From an uncultured Gemmatimonadales bacterium (lineage in GTDB: Bacteria; Gemmatimonadota; Gemmatimonadetes; Longimicrobiales; RSA9): a DNA stretch of 64,000 bases. Below, piece by piece: positions 45,697 to 56,444 of this stretch. The position numbers and the translations under genes were made by a program. The stretch is taken from NCBI GenBank assembly GCA_963783305.1, contig CAWAMW010000013.1, positions 69,487 to 133,486 on the forward strand, in the 5' to 3' direction. Every line of letters begins with the position of its first letter. The first letter of the stretch is position 1. The notes under the pieces are model-generated. The model saw only the letters and a list, made by a program, of their open reading frames with translations, was not told the origin of the DNA and made no database searches.

Positions 45697-48600
45697 CGAC
45701 CCCACGCAGCTCGGGCTCTTCGGCGCTGCGGACGCCGCGGTTCCGGAACCCGTTGCGCCATCGGACCGGCCGCCCACCGGTGCCCGCGACCGCTTCATCG
45801 AGGGGGAGCTCCCGGACCAGCATGCCCGCGACCGCATCGCCGGTGAGCTGGACACCAACTTCCTGGTCGAGGCTGGCGCGGGGTCCGGGAAGACCACGGC
45901 GCTCGTGGACCGCATGGTGGCCCTCGTGCGGGAGGGCGTGGCGCCCGTGGACGAGGTCACGGCCGTCACCTTCACCCGCAAGGCGGCCGCCGAGCTCCGG
46001 CAGCGGTTCCAGACGGCTCTCGAGCGCGCCATCGCTCGCGCTCGCGAGGACGACAGTCAGGAGCTGGTCGACCGCCTGGATGGCGCGCTCCGGACCATCG
46101 ATCGGTCCTTCATCGGGACCATCCACTCGTTCTGCGCTCGATTGCTCCGCGAGCGCCCGGTGGAGGCGGGCGTCGACCCCGGGTTCCAGGAGCTCCTGGG
46201 GGCGGAGGAGGTCCGTCAGCGCCGGGCCTTCTGGCGGACCCACCTGGAGCGGCTCGCTGCGGCGGCCGACCCGAGCATTGCCGAGCTGGCCGCAGTGGGG
46301 CTCGTGCCTGCGCAGCTGGAGAGTCTCTTCGACCAGCTGGTCGGCAACCCCGACGTTACGTTCCCGGCGGAGCCGGTGGACCCACCCGGTGCGGAGGCCA
46401 TCGATGCCCTCCGCCGCGAACTGGACGCGCTGCTGGAGCGTGGCCGGGCCATGATCCCCGACGAGCCCGCCGAGAAGGGCTGGGACGACCTCCAGGCGCG
46501 GCTCCGCCTCCTCCTGTTCCTCCGCCGGGTGGTGGACTGGAGCGACAGGACGGAGTTCCTGGAGCTCACGGGCGAAGAGTTCGTCGGACGCTCCTATCGC
46601 GTGACGCAGAACCGGTGGCCCGATGGGAAGGCGGCCAAGGCCCTGTCGAAGGACTGGGGTGAGCTGCGCGATGGGCTCGCGGCCGAGATCCTCGACCGCT
46701 GGTGGGCCCACCGCTACCCCATCGCCCTCGAGTTTGCGCGGGCGGCCGCGGACGCATTCGCTCACGAGCGCCGACGGACCGGCCGTCTCAACTTCCAGGA
46801 CCTCCTCATGCTCGCCGCCCGCCTGCTCCGAACCCACCCGCGGGCGCGGGAGGAGCTGGGGCTACGCTATCGTCGGCTGTTGGTGGACGAGTTCCAGGAC
46901 ACCGATCCGGTCCAGGCCGAGGTCCTGCTCCTCCTGGCTTCCCCGGCGGATGATCGCCGGTGGCAGGACGTCGTCCCTCGCTCTGGCGCGCTCTTCGTCG
47001 TGGGCGACCCGAAGCAGTCCATCTACCGGTTCCGCCGTGCGGATATCGCCGTGTACAACCTCGTACGCGACCGCTTTACGCAGTATGGAGACGTGCTCGA
47101 GCTCGTGGCCAACTTCCGGTCGCTCCCACCCGTGGGCGAGCTCGTGGACTCAGTCTTCCGTGATCGCTTCGGCCCCGAGGCCACCACCCACCAGGCGGCC
47201 TTCGCGCCCCTGCGAACCCGACGCGTGCCCGACCCCGACCGCCAGGGGATCAGACAGTACTTCATCGATCCCGACGGTCGCTCGTTCGCAGCCGCGGCGA
47301 CCAATGGCGCCGCGCGTCTGGTCCCGTGGATAGCGAGGGAGCTCGCCTCCGGACGCCGGCAGCCGGGCGATTTCCTGATCCTGGCGCGCCAGAAGGCGGA
47401 GCTCGCCACCTACGCGCGGACGCTGGAAGCGTGGCGGATCCCCGTCCAGGTCACTGGCGCGGGTGTGGACCAGACGGAGGAGCTGCGGGAGCTCCTGGTG
47501 CTGCTCGAGGCCCTGTCGGACCCGACGGACCCCGTCCGGATCGTCGCCGTGCTGGTCGGGCTGCTCTTCGGCCTGGACCACGACCAGCTCGTCGACTGGG
47601 TCCTGACAGAGGATGCGCCCGGGAGCCGTCGGTTCGACATCTCTCGGCCGCACGGGGGCGAGGACTCGCCCGTGGCCGCCGCCCTCCACACGCTGCACCT
47701 GTGGTGGGACCGGTCCCGGAGAGAGCCCGCGGACGTGCTCGTGGGGCGGATCGTCGACGAGGTGGGGCTGGTCCCGCTCGCGGCCGCGCGGGAGCTGGGA
47801 GAGATTCGGGCCGGCTCGCTGCTTTTCGCCCTGGACACGATCCGCGTGGCGGCCCTGGCCGGTGACACCTCCATTGCCACGGCCACCGAGGCGCTGCGCG
47901 TGGCGCTGGAGGCCGATGAAGCGGAAGCGCCACTGGAGCCGGTGCGGGCCGGTGTCGCCCGGATCATGACGCTCCACCAGGCGAAGGGACTGGAAGCGCC
48001 GGTCGTGGCGCTCGTACACCCCGTCGGCGGGCGCGAGCACCCCGTGACGCGGCACATCGAGCGCGGCCAGGACGGCTCGGCGGTGGGCTACCTCGTGGTG
48101 CAGGAGACGGAGAACCACCGCACGCGTATCATCGCGCGGCCGTCCGGTTGGGAGGAGAAGGAGGCGGAGGAGCGCCGCTACGATGCCGCCGAGCAGGACC
48201 GTCTTCTGTATGTGGCGGCGACACGCGCGGCTGAAGAGCTCGTGGTCTCGCGCGTGGCGGGCGGCGAGGCGAGGTCGCCCTGGGCGGGGCTCTACGGCTG
48301 GATCGACGAGCACGGCCACGACCTGCGACTGGAGCCCGGGACCGCATCGGACCCGGATATCATGGACCGGGATGTGGACGAGCTTGCCCGTGCCGTGGCC
48401 CGGCTCCGGGACGAGCGCGCGGCGCGGAGCCGGCCTGGCTATGTCGTTCGCACGGCCACTTCACTGGCCAAGGCCGGCGGCGGGATCGAAGCCGGGGTCG
48501 GGGTACAGCCGTGGCCAGAGCCGCTCCCCGATCCGAGGGACGGACCGGACCCGGAGTACCGCGGACGCAGCTGGGGGAGCGTGGTCCACGGAGCGCTCGA

Positions 48601-49117
48601 GGCCGCCGCCCGCGGCGCGGCCGGTGACGACCTCCGTCGCATCTCGCGCGGGCTCCTCCTGGAGCTGGAGCGCCCGGTGAGCGGGGGTGAGCCCGTGGAG
48701 CTCGATGAGCTCCTCCAGCTGGTGGGAGCGGTTCGTTCCTCCGCGCTCTGGGCGCGCGCCGCGGTCGCCGATCGCTGGCTGTCCGAAATACCGTTCGCCT
48801 ATCGCGATGAGGCGGGCCGGTTCCACGATCCGGACCCGGATCTGCCCCCCGGGGTCCCCCGGATCATCGAGGGGGTGGTGGACCTGATCTTCCGCGAGGA
48901 CGGCGGGTGGGTCGTCGTCGACTACAAGACCGACGTGGGTGCCGACCCCGAGTTCCCGCGACGGCTCGAGTCGTACCGCCGCCAGGTGGAGCTGTATGCC
49001 GCCGCGTGGTCAGCCATGACCGGCGAGCCCGTGAAGGAGCGCGTGCTCCTCTTCACCGCACCCGGCGCCGCAGCGTACCTCCCGGCAGGATCCGGCGACG
49101 GGACCCTGCGCTGGTGA
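45680..49117 (+). CDS. AddA-like UvrD helicase/nuclease
   Basis: AGAGSGKT, TFTRKAA, TIHSFC, VDEFQDT, VGDPKQSIYRFR, TLHQAKGLE, LYVAATRA, GVVDL..VDYKT..QVELY. Confidence 0.93.
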   Translation: MAKRADDPTQLGLFGAADAAVPEPVAPSDRPPTGARDRFIEGELPDQHARDRIAGELDTNFLVEAGAGSGKTTALVDRMVALVREGVAPVDEVTAVTFTRKAAAELRQRFQTALERAIARAREDDSQELVDRLDGALRTIDRSFIGTIHSFCARLLRERPVEAGVDPGFQELLGAEEVRQRRAFWRTHLERLAAAADPSIAELAAVGLVPAQLESLFDQLVGNPDVTFPAEPVDPPGAEAIDALRRELDALLERGRAMIPDEPAEKGWDDLQARLRLLLFLRRVVDWSDRTEFLELTGEEFVGRSYRVTQNRWPDGKAAKALSKDWGELRDGLAAEILDRWWAHRYPIALEFARAAADAFAHERRRTGRLNFQDLLMLAARLLRTHPRAREELGLRYRRLLVDEFQDTDPVQAEVLLLLASPADDRRWQDVVPRSGALFVVGDPKQSIYRFRRADIAVYNLVRDRFTQYGDVLELVANFRSLPPVGELVDSVFRDRFGPEATTHQAAFAPLRTRRVPDPDRQGIRQYFIDPDGRSFAAAATNGAARLVPWIARELASGRRQPGDFLILARQKAELATYARTLEAWRIPVQVTGAGVDQTEELRELLVLLEALSDPTDPVRIVAVLVGLLFGLDHDQLVDWVLTEDAPGSRRFDISRPHGGEDSPVAAALHTLHLWWDRSRREPADVLVGRIVDEVGLVPLAAARELGEIRAGSLLFALDTIRVAALAGDTSIATATEALRVALEADEAEAPLEPVRAGVARIMTLHQAKGLEAPVVALVHPVGGREHPVTRHIERGQDGSAVGYLVVQETENHRTRIIARPSGWEEKEAEERRYDAAEQDRLLYVAATRAAEELVVSRVAGGEARSPWAGLYGWIDEHGHDLRLEPGTASDPDIMDRDVDELARAVARLRDERAARSRPGYVVRTATSLAKAGGGIEAGVGVQPWPEPLPDPRDGPDPEYRGRSWGSVVHGALEAAARGAAGDDLRRISRGLLLELERPVSGGEPVELDELLQLVGAVRSSALWARAAVADRWLSEIPFAYRDEAGRFHDPDPDLPPGVPRIIEGVVDLIFREDGGWVVVDYKTDVGADPEFPRRLESYRRQVELYAAAWSAMTGEPVKERVLLFTAPGAAAYLPAGSGDGTLRW

Positions 49118-49164
49118 CCTCCCGCCCTCTTCCTCCCCCTCCCGCCCGGCCCCAGAACGAACAA

Positions 49165-49193
49165 GGCCCGCCGATCTCCGGGATCGGCGGGCC
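49165..49193 (-). terminator. intrinsic terminator between convergent addA-like and SWIB genes
   Basis: GGCCCGCCGATC/GATCGGCGGGCC stem with minus-strand tail TTGTTCGTT. Confidence 0.7.
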
Positions 49194-49214
49194 ATAGTTC
49201 GGTCGGAGGGGGGG

Positions 49215-49475
49215 TCAGGTCTTCGAGACGTGCTGGTTGACGAGTTTGGTCATCTCGAACATCGAAACCTGGTTCTGCCCGTTGAAGATCGGACGCATGG
49301 TGTCATCCGCGTTGATCATTCGACGGTTCTGCGAGTCCTGCAGGTTGTTCTTCTTGACGTAGTCCCAGACTTTCTTCGTGATCTCGCTGCGGGTCATCGG
49401 CTGATTGCCCACTACTTTCGCGAGCTGATCATCCGGCTGCACCTTCTGAGCGAGACCCCCGCGTGCCTTGGCCAT
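49215..49475 (-). CDS. SWIB/MDM2 domain protein
   Basis: LAKVVG..PMTRSEITKKVWDYVKKNNLQD..NRRMINADD..VSMFEMTKLV; GGAGG SD. Confidence 0.93.
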   Translation of the reverse strand: MAKARGGLAQKVQPDDQLAKVVGNQPMTRSEITKKVWDYVKKNNLQDSQNRRMINADDTMRPIFNGQNQVSMFEMTKLVNQHVSKT

Positions 49476-49569
49476 CCAAATCCTCCGTGTGAGTGTAAAA
49501 GGGCGGTTCTCCCGCCTCCCAAGCTATGCGCAGAGCGCGGCGGCGCAATGATGGCGATTCAATGCCTGT

Positions 49570-50271
49570 TCAGCCAGTGGGCAGAACGACAAGGTCATCG
49601 GCCAGTCTGAAACGCAGCTGCGGATCCTCCATTCCGAGTCCCCGAAGCGCCGGCACCAGGATGCGCTCCAGCGCCCGCGCGGCGTTCACGCGGGGCTGGT
49701 ACGATGTGCGCAGGTGGCTCAAGGCCTGCCGCCTCATGGCCGTCTCCACGATCGAGAGCGCCCTCCGCTCGACCCTTCCTTCCTGCGAGCCGATCCGCGC
49801 CCAGCCCCGGGTCGTCTCCACCTCGAGTCGGCTCAGGTCCGCCTCCGCCGAGTACACGGCCAGTGCTGGGATCTCCACCTGGATCGTACCATCGTCCAAC
49901 ATCCGGACCATCTCCGGTCGCAGAGAGTCGGCTTCGAACCCGTACGAGACCCGTCCCGGGACGCGCACTGTGGCCCGGGTGGTGCCCAGGTTGAGACCGA
50001 TCACGCCCGGCAGCAGTACCTTGCTGTTCTCCACCCGAGTGGTGACGTTCATCTTCAGCTGACCCGTCACCAGGAACGCCGCAGCACTCTCCCGTTCGAG
50101 GGCGGTGTACATCGCCTCCCGCACCTGCTGCTCCGTGATCTGCGGTATGCCGGGCGCACTCGGGAGGCTGTCGGCCACCCACCGGCTGACCCCCATGGCC
50201 AGGCCGGCCATGATCGCGGCCATAATGCCGAGGAATACGAGGAGGCGCTGCTTGTTCTTGGTCACGACCAC
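49570..50271 (-). CDS. DUF4230-like membrane-anchored protein
   Basis: N-terminal TM; VPGRVSYGF..IQVEIPA..NAARALERIL. Start approximate. Confidence 0.7.
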   Translation of the reverse strand: MVVTKNKQRLLVFLGIMAAIMAGLAMGVSRWVADSLPSAPGIPQITEQQVREAMYTALERESAAAFLVTGQLKMNVTTRVENSKVLLPGVIGLNLGTTRATVRVPGRVSYGFEADSLRPEMVRMLDDGTIQVEIPALAVYSAEADLSRLEVETTRGWARIGSQEGRVERRALSIVETAMRRQALSHLRTSYQPRVNAARALERILVPALRGLGMEDPQLRFRLADDLVVLPTG

Positions 50272-50394
50272 CAACGAACGCAGGACCGGGGCCAGGGAGC
50301 CCCACCACACCCCGCCACCCCCCGCGCCGGGTGGTCCGGATCGTGCCACCTCACCCTGCCTCGTGCCAACACGAGCCACGCAATCCGGACCCGT

Positions 50395-51603
50395 ATGAAT
50401 TTCCTGCACATCGCCGACGTCCACCTGGGCGCTTCCTACTCCGGCTTCGGCGATCTCGCCGAACGCAGGTCGGGGGAGGTGCTCAACGCGTTCCGGCGCC
50501 TGCCGGACGTGGCGACGGAGGAGCGGGTGGACGCCGTGCTCTTCGCGGGGGACCTGTTCGACGGGCCGCAGCCGGGCACGGAGATCATGGCTGCCGTACG
50601 CGATACCCTGCGCCGCTTCATGGACCTCTGCGTACCGGTGTTCATGGTGCCGGGGAACCATGACGCGGTCACGCTCCGTCTGGATCCCTACCGGGAGCTC
50701 GCGCGTGGATCGAGGGTCGTGGTGCAGACGGGGGAGGATCGTCCGGATCGGCCGTGGCCGGTCGTCGACGAGGAGGGGCGCAGGCTGGCGGAGAAGCACA
50801 GCATTTACATCCTGGCCGCGCCGCGCTTCGGGGAGCCGGTCCACGTCCAGACGGACAGCGGTCCGCTGCACGTGTACGGGATCGCCTACGACAGCGCGGA
50901 GTCCAGGGACCCGCTCTCGACGTTCCGGCGGCGGGAGGGGGCGGGTGCCCACGTAGCGCTGCTGCACGCCTCCGTCCAGGATGCCGGTCACTGGAAGGCC
51001 TCGGGGAGCTCACTCGCGGTAGGATCCGCCGAGCTTGCGGCTCTGGACGTGGATTACATCGCTCTTGGCGATCACCACCGCCCCAGGATGCCGGAGGAGT
51101 TCGACGACCTGCCGGCGTGCTATCCCGGCTCGTTCGCCGCGTGTGACCTCACGGAGACGGGTCCTCGTGGCTACGTGCTCGCGGAGGTGGAGCCCGGCGG
51201 TGCGGCGCGGGTGGAGCATCGCGAATCGGGGGTGCTCGAGGTCGCGGCGATGGAGCTGGACGTATCGCCGTTCACCAATCACGTCCGGATCGTCGAGTCC
51301 CTCATCCGGATGCTCCCATCCCAGGCGGTACCGGTGGTCCGGCTGGTGGGAGAGCCCGGGTTCCCGCTGGATGCCGACCAGGTGACGGCGGAGCTTTCCG
51401 AGCGATACGGCCATGCGCAAGTGGCCGATGAGACCCGATATTATGCGTCCGCCCGGCTGGCCGAGTTGGCCGAGCTGGACACGGTCGCGGGCCACGTGGT
51501 GCGGCTGGGTCGTCAGAGGATCGAGGCGGCACCGGAGGGACGGGAGCGGGCGGTTGCCCAGCGGGCGCTCCGTGCGGCCCTGCGGGCTCTGGAGGTGGAC
51601 TGA
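50395..51603 (+). CDS. SbcD/Mre11 (YhaO-like) metallophosphoesterase nuclease
   Basis: ADVHLG, AGDLFD, PGNHD, LLH, YIALGDHH, YPGS. Confidence 0.9.
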   Translation: MNFLHIADVHLGASYSGFGDLAERRSGEVLNAFRRLPDVATEERVDAVLFAGDLFDGPQPGTEIMAAVRDTLRRFMDLCVPVFMVPGNHDAVTLRLDPYRELARGSRVVVQTGEDRPDRPWPVVDEEGRRLAEKHSIYILAAPRFGEPVHVQTDSGPLHVYGIAYDSAESRDPLSTFRRREGAGAHVALLHASVQDAGHWKASGSSLAVGSAELAALDVDYIALGDHHRPRMPEEFDDLPACYPGSFAACDLTETGPRGYVLAEVEPGGAARVEHRESGVLEVAAMELDVSPFTNHVRIVESLIRMLPSQAVPVVRLVGEPGFPLDADQVTAELSERYGHAQVADETRYYASARLAELAELDTVAGHVVRLGRQRIEAAPEGRERAVAQRALRAALRALEVD

Positions 51604-53780
51604 TGCTTCGCCCGCGGTTCGAGGTGGTGGACCTCCGTTACGGCTGCCATGAGGGGGAATGGACCCTGCCTCTCGAGGATCGACCGGTGGTCATCACGGG
51701 GCCGAACGGGAGCGGGAAGACCACCTTCGTCGAGGGTCTGGTCCGGACGCTGTTCGGGTTCGACCGTCGGAAGACCGAGGATACCACGGAGGTGGAGGCC
51801 CGCCGCCCCTGGAAGAGTGAGGGTCTGCGGGGCCGGGTGGTGCTGTCGCGGAACGGGGAGCGCGTGGAAATCCGCCGGGACTTCGAGACCGATCAGGTCC
51901 GGGTGTACGCGCCGGACGAGGGGGTGGAGCACTTCGTGGGCGACGGCAACCCTGCAGCCCGGAACCAGGAGGCGCGCCGATACCGCCAGCTCCTCACCAC
52001 CCTGCTGGGACTCCGCGGCCTCGACGCCTACCGTCAGACGCTCCTGATCCGCCAGGGCGATCTGGCGGACGCGGCGCTTGGCGACCACCTGCTCCGGGTC
52101 GCGGCCGGCGGCCACGCGCGGGTCGAGGCCGCGCGCCACCAGATCGCACAGACGCACCGCGCCACCACCCGGCGAGCGATCCACTCCGGCGCGGCCTCCG
52201 CCATCAATCCCCGGGAGATGGAGAAGCTCGACGAGGAGATCGCGGCGGTCGGCGCCCGCCTTGAGGCCGCCCGGACGGCGGGAGACAAGCGGGCCCCGCT
52301 CGCCCTGGAAAGGGACCGTGTGGCGGACCGGCTGACGCGCCTGGACGACGAGATCGTGCTCCTGGAGAACGCCCTTTCCGCCCTCGCCCGCACCGACGCT
52401 ACCGAGCTCCACAACCGACGACTTCGCCAGCAGGGCCGGGAGCTGGACGAGGCGCGGGAGTGGCTTGATCAGGCCGCCACCGAGCTGGAGCAGGCCACCC
52501 GCGAGCATAAGGAGGCCTTCGCCGGCGGGGCCTACCCGGCCGACGTGCCGGAGAGGATCGCCCGCGCCGAGGTCTGGTGGGAGGAGCTCGAAAAGCTCGG
52601 CAGCGCTCCGGCGCCGTGGCTGGGGGCCGGTGCGCTGGTCCTCCTGGCGGCCGGTGCCGCGCTCATGGCGCTCGGCTATCCCATCTGGGCCCTGATCACC
52701 GGCGGAACGGGCGTGGTCGCGGGCGCCGCCTGGCTCGCACTCTGGCTGTGGGGTCTACGCCGTCGCAAAGGGGCGCGCACGCAGGTGCGGGCGCTCCTCG
52801 ACGGCATTCCCCGGGGCAAGTCCCTCGGTCCGGGGAACCGGCAGAGTGCGCTCGCCCGCTATCAGGAGCAGCGGAAGGCGGAGCTGCGGATCGAAGCGGC
52901 CCGGCGCACTCTGGCCGAGGGGATGCGGGAAGCCCGTTCCGTGCTCGCCGAAGTTGAGCACGATCCAGGCTCCGGGTCCCCGGAGGACCCGCAGGCGGCG
53001 GGCGTCGCGGTGCGGGGGCGGCGCCTGGCGCGGCGAGCGGAGGACGCGGCGGCGCGGGTTCGAGACCGCCTTACCGCGGGCCGCTCTGAGATCGACCGTA
53101 TCGGGGAGCTCTCCCTGGCGCTCCCCCCGGACGTGCCACCCACAGAGGAGTCGGTGGCGACGGCCCTCAGGGAGCGCCGGGGGGAGCGATCCAAGGCGCA
53201 GGAGACGCTCCGGGAGGTTGCGCAGGAGCTGCTGGAGCGAGGCACTCCGAGCGAAAGCGCCGAGGCGCTCCAGAGCCGGCTCTCGTCGCTCGAGCCCAGG
53301 CGGGCGGCGCTGAGCCAGAAGGCCGAAGTGCTGGAAGCCGCCCACGCCCTGATCCTCGACGCCTACGACGACTTCCGCGACCGTGACCAGGACCGCCTGG
53401 TCGACCGCGTGACCGAGCAGGTTCACCGGCTCTCCAGTGGGCGCATGGAATCGATCCATGTGGAGGGCAGCCTCGACGAGGCGCGGGTGCGGATCGATGG
53501 TCGCCTGGTGCCCATGTGCTCGCCGCCCCTGAGCTTCGGTGAGTTCCACGCGCTCCAGCTGGGTGTGCGGCTCGGTGCCGCCGAGTTCCTGGCCGGCATG
53601 GGGATCCTGCCCCCGCTCCTGGTGGACGAGCCGTTCGCTCACCTGGATGCGGGTCGGGCGGAGGCCGTGTGGAGCCTTCTCCGGGACGTGTCGCAGACCC
53701 GCCAGGTCATCATCACGACCCGGGACGCTCGGCTGCTCGAGTCGCTCGGCGCCGAGCCCGATATCCAGCTGGAGCGCTGA
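51603..53780 (+). CDS. SbcC/Rad50 (YhaN-like) SMC-type ATPase with a central hydrophobic hairpin
   Basis: GPNGSGKTT, Q-loop IRQGD, coiled coils, signature LSFGE, LLVDEPFAHLD; two hydrophobic helices mid-protein. Confidence 0.88.
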   Translation: MLRPRFEVVDLRYGCHEGEWTLPLEDRPVVITGPNGSGKTTFVEGLVRTLFGFDRRKTEDTTEVEARRPWKSEGLRGRVVLSRNGERVEIRRDFETDQVRVYAPDEGVEHFVGDGNPAARNQEARRYRQLLTTLLGLRGLDAYRQTLLIRQGDLADAALGDHLLRVAAGGHARVEAARHQIAQTHRATTRRAIHSGAASAINPREMEKLDEEIAAVGARLEAARTAGDKRAPLALERDRVADRLTRLDDEIVLLENALSALARTDATELHNRRLRQQGRELDEAREWLDQAATELEQATREHKEAFAGGAYPADVPERIARAEVWWEELEKLGSAPAPWLGAGALVLLAAGAALMALGYPIWALITGGTGVVAGAAWLALWLWGLRRRKGARTQVRALLDGIPRGKSLGPGNRQSALARYQEQRKAELRIEAARRTLAEGMREARSVLAEVEHDPGSGSPEDPQAAGVAVRGRRLARRAEDAAARVRDRLTAGRSEIDRIGELSLALPPDVPPTEESVATALRERRGERSKAQETLREVAQELLERGTPSESAEALQSRLSSLEPRRAALSQKAEVLEAAHALILDAYDDFRDRDQDRLVDRVTEQVHRLSSGRMESIHVEGSLDEARVRIDGRLVPMCSPPLSFGEFHALQLGVRLGAAEFLAGMGILPPLLVDEPFAHLDAGRAEAVWSLLRDVSQTRQVIITTRDARLLESLGAEPDIQLER

Positions 53781-53855
53781 ACGGTTCCGTTCCAGCTATC
53801 AACCCCGTGATCGGTGTGCCGATACTACCTGTGCACCCCTTTGAGAACAGGAGCC

Positions 53856-56444
53856 ATGCAGGAGCTATTCGACCCGGCCAGCTACGGCAGCAGCGCGTTC
53901 TCCGTTCCCATCGGGGCGGTGGCGCTGCTGTCGCTTTGCCTGGGCGTCTGGGCGGTCTGGTATGAGCGAGGCCGCCGCGTCAGCCTGTCCCTCTTCGCCG
54001 CTACCCTCGCCGTGGCCACCTACCTCGGCGGCTTTGCGTTCATGGTCGGCGCCACCTCGCATGATGTCGCGCTCTTCTGGGGTCGCTTCGCATACCTCGG
54101 CATACCCTTCATCGTGCCGGCCGTCTACCAGCTCAGCATGGACCTGCTCGGCCGGCGAGAGCAGCGCCGAGCGCTCATCCGCGTGGGGTGGGGCGTCGGT
54201 ATCGTGTACGCGTTCCTGGCGGTGCGAACCGACTGGCTGGTCAGCGGCGTCTTCCGCATGGAATGGGGCTTCATCACCCACATCACGCTGTGGACGCTGC
54301 CGATCCTGCTCTGGTCCGGCGTCCTCCTCGGCCTGGCGATCCGGGACTTCGCGAAGGCATACCGCCACGCCGACGCCATCCAGCGGGCGAGAATCCGGCT
54401 GTTCGCCGTTCCCATCGCCATCGGCAGTCTGGCCTTCGTCGATTATGCGCCCTCGCTCGGGTTGCCTGTGGCGCCCTGGGGGTTCGTCTCCTTCGGTGCG
54501 TTCATCCTCAGCGCCGCCTGGGCCGTGGCGCGCTATCATCTGCCTGAGCTCACGCCGTCGTTCGCGGCGCACCAGATCGTCCGCACCATCGCCGAGCCGC
54601 TACTGGTCTGCGACGAACGCGGCGCGATCGCCTTCGCCAACCCCGCCGCCTCGCTCCTCTTCGGCTGGAGCCAGGACGAGCTGGTAGGGGAGCGACTCCA
54701 CCTGCTGTTCGGCAACAGGGAAGCACATCAAATCCTGAGCGATGACAGCGCCACTCCCACGGAGATGGAGCTGCTTGGGCGAAAGGGGGAGCCGCTCGCT
54801 GTGGCCGTGACCACCAGCCGGATCGTCGGGCGCTCCGGGCAGCAGGTCGGGACCGTGGTCGTGGCCCGGGACATCCGGCACATCCGGCGGGCCGCCCGGG
54901 AGCTGGAGCGGCGGGAGCAGCGCTTCCGGGCCCTGATCGAGCACGCCCGCGACGTCATTATGATCCTGAACGGCGACGGTCGGATCATCTACGAGAGCCC
55001 GGCGGCCCAGGAGCTTCTCGGGTACCGGCCGGACGAATCGTTCGCGTCCGTGGTGTTCGACCGGATCCACCCGGAGGACCTGGAATCCACCCGGTCGGTC
55101 TTCGCGGGTCTATTGGAGAGGCCCGGGGGGCTGGTGGACGCCGAGTGCCGGGTGCGGCACACGGAGGGCGACTACCGGGTGTTCGAGTACCGGGGCAAGA
55201 ACCTCCTCGACAACCCTGCCGTCCGGGGAATCGTGATCAACGCCCGCGACATCCACGAGGAGCGGCAGCTGGCGGCGCAGCTTCAGCAGGCGCAGAAGAT
55301 GGAGGCTATCGGCCGCCTGGCGGGAGGCGTGGCCCACGACTTCAACAATATCCTTACGGCCATCCAGGGGAACGTGGCGCTGATCGGTGAGGACCTGCCG
55401 GATGGCGGCACGTTCGGAGCGGAGCTGAGGGAGATCGAGGAAGGGGCTCGACGCGCGAGCCGCCTCACCAGTCAGCTCCTCTCGTTCAGCCGGCGACAGG
55501 TCGTTCGCGCCGAGGTCCTGAATCTGAACCACCTCGTTCGCGAGACGCAGAGCATGCTCGAGCGGTTGATCGGCGAGAACATCCGCCTGGACCTCCGGCT
55601 CGACGCCCGCAGGGATGTGGTCCGCGCCGATCGCGGTCAACTGGAGCAGATCGTCGTCAACCTGGTCGTGAACGCTCGCGACGCGCTGCACGATGGGGGA
55701 CGGATCGAGATCGCCACCGCCGATGTCGAGATCGATGCCGAAGCGGCTCGTGCGGCGGAGTTCCAGCTGGTCCCCGGCTCGTACGCACTCCTCACCGTCA
55801 CGGATGACGGCCAGGGCATGGACGACGAGACCCGGAGCCGGATCTTCGAGCCGTTCTTCACCACCAAGCCGCGCGGAAAGGGCACAGGTCTAGGACTCAG
55901 CACCGTCTACGGCGCCGTGCGCCAGGCGGCCGGCTATATCGGGGTGGAGACGGTGCCGGGCGCCGGCACCACCTTCCGTGTCTATCTCCCGCGCGTCGAG
56001 GACGCGACCCCCCGTCCCAGCTCGGACACGAAGACCCCGGTCGAGCTGGAGGCCGACGGTGACCTGGTTCTGGTAGTGGAGGACGAGGCGCCGGTTCGGA
56101 CGCTCATCGCGCGCATCCTGGAACGCCGTGGCTACACAGTTCTCCAGGCCGCCGACGGTCAGGAAGCGCTGGACCTCGCCGAGCGGCAGCAGGAGCGGAT
56201 CGATCTGCTCATTGCCGACCTGGTCATGCCGGGGCTCAGCGGCCGAGAGGTCGCCGACCGCCTCACCGCTCGGTACCCGGAAATGGCCGTGATCCTCATC
56301 TCGGGGTACACCGCCGACGAGGTGGTGCGCGAGGGGATCCTCACCGGCGTCCGGAACTTCCTGCCCAAACCCTTTACACCCGACGCCCTCGCCCGCACCG
56401 TGGCGGCGGTACTCGGCCAGAAGAGTCCCGACGCGTCCCGCTAG
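53856..56444 (+). CDS. hybrid sensor histidine kinase (7TM sensor, 2 PAS, HisKA, HATPase, receiver)
   Basis: [40 protein letters not shown]; receiver VVEDE..ADLVMPG..KPF. Confidence 0.95.
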   Translation: MQELFDPASYGSSAFSVPIGAVALLSLCLGVWAVWYERGRRVSLSLFAATLAVATYLGGFAFMVGATSHDVALFWGRFAYLGIPFIVPAVYQLSMDLLGRREQRRALIRVGWGVGIVYAFLAVRTDWLVSGVFRMEWGFITHITLWTLPILLWSGVLLGLAIRDFAKAYRHADAIQRARIRLFAVPIAIGSLAFVDYAPSLGLPVAPWGFVSFGAFILSAAWAVARYHLPELTPSFAAHQIVRTIAEPLLVCDERGAIAFANPAASLLFGWSQDELVGERLHLLFGNREAHQILSDDSATPTEMELLGRKGEPLAVAVTTSRIVGRSGQQVGTVVVARDIRHIRRAARELERREQRFRALIEHARDVIMILNGDGRIIYESPAAQELLGYRPDESFASVVFDRIHPEDLESTRSVFAGLLERPGGLVDAECRVRHTEGDYRVFEYRGKNLLDNPAVRGIVINARDIHEERQLAAQLQQAQKMEAIGRLAGGVAHDFNNILTAIQGNVALIGEDLPDGGTFGAELREIEEGARRASRLTSQLLSFSRRQVVRAEVLNLNHLVRETQSMLERLIGENIRLDLRLDARRDVVRADRGQLEQIVVNLVVNARDALHDGGRIEIATADVEIDAEAARAAEFQLVPGSYALLTVTDDGQGMDDETRSRIFEPFFTTKPRGKGTGLGLSTVYGAVRQAAGYIGVETVPGAGTTFRVYLPRVEDATPRPSSDTKTPVELEADGDLVLVVEDEAPVRTLIARILERRGYTVLQAADGQEALDLAERQQERIDLLIADLVMPGLSGREVADRLTARYPEMAVILISGYTADEVVREGILTGVRNFLPKPFTPDALARTVAAVLGQKSPDASR

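Noticed and set aside
43255-46032. 925-aa minus-strand ORF and similar long antisense ORFs (28808-31051, 33237-35336, 37107-38858)
   Set aside because: They lie antisense to motif-supported genes, have no family motifs, and are expected in high-GC DNA.
42559-49117. Helicase-nuclease pair as an anti-phage or Cas4-type system
   Set aside because: Domain order, the 4-Cys staple and the gene pairing match housekeeping AddAB; there is no defence or CRISPR context.
49714-50394. N-terminal extension of the SbcD-like ORF
   Set aside because: It is antisense to the DUF4230-like gene; phosphoesterase motif I starts at ATG 50395.
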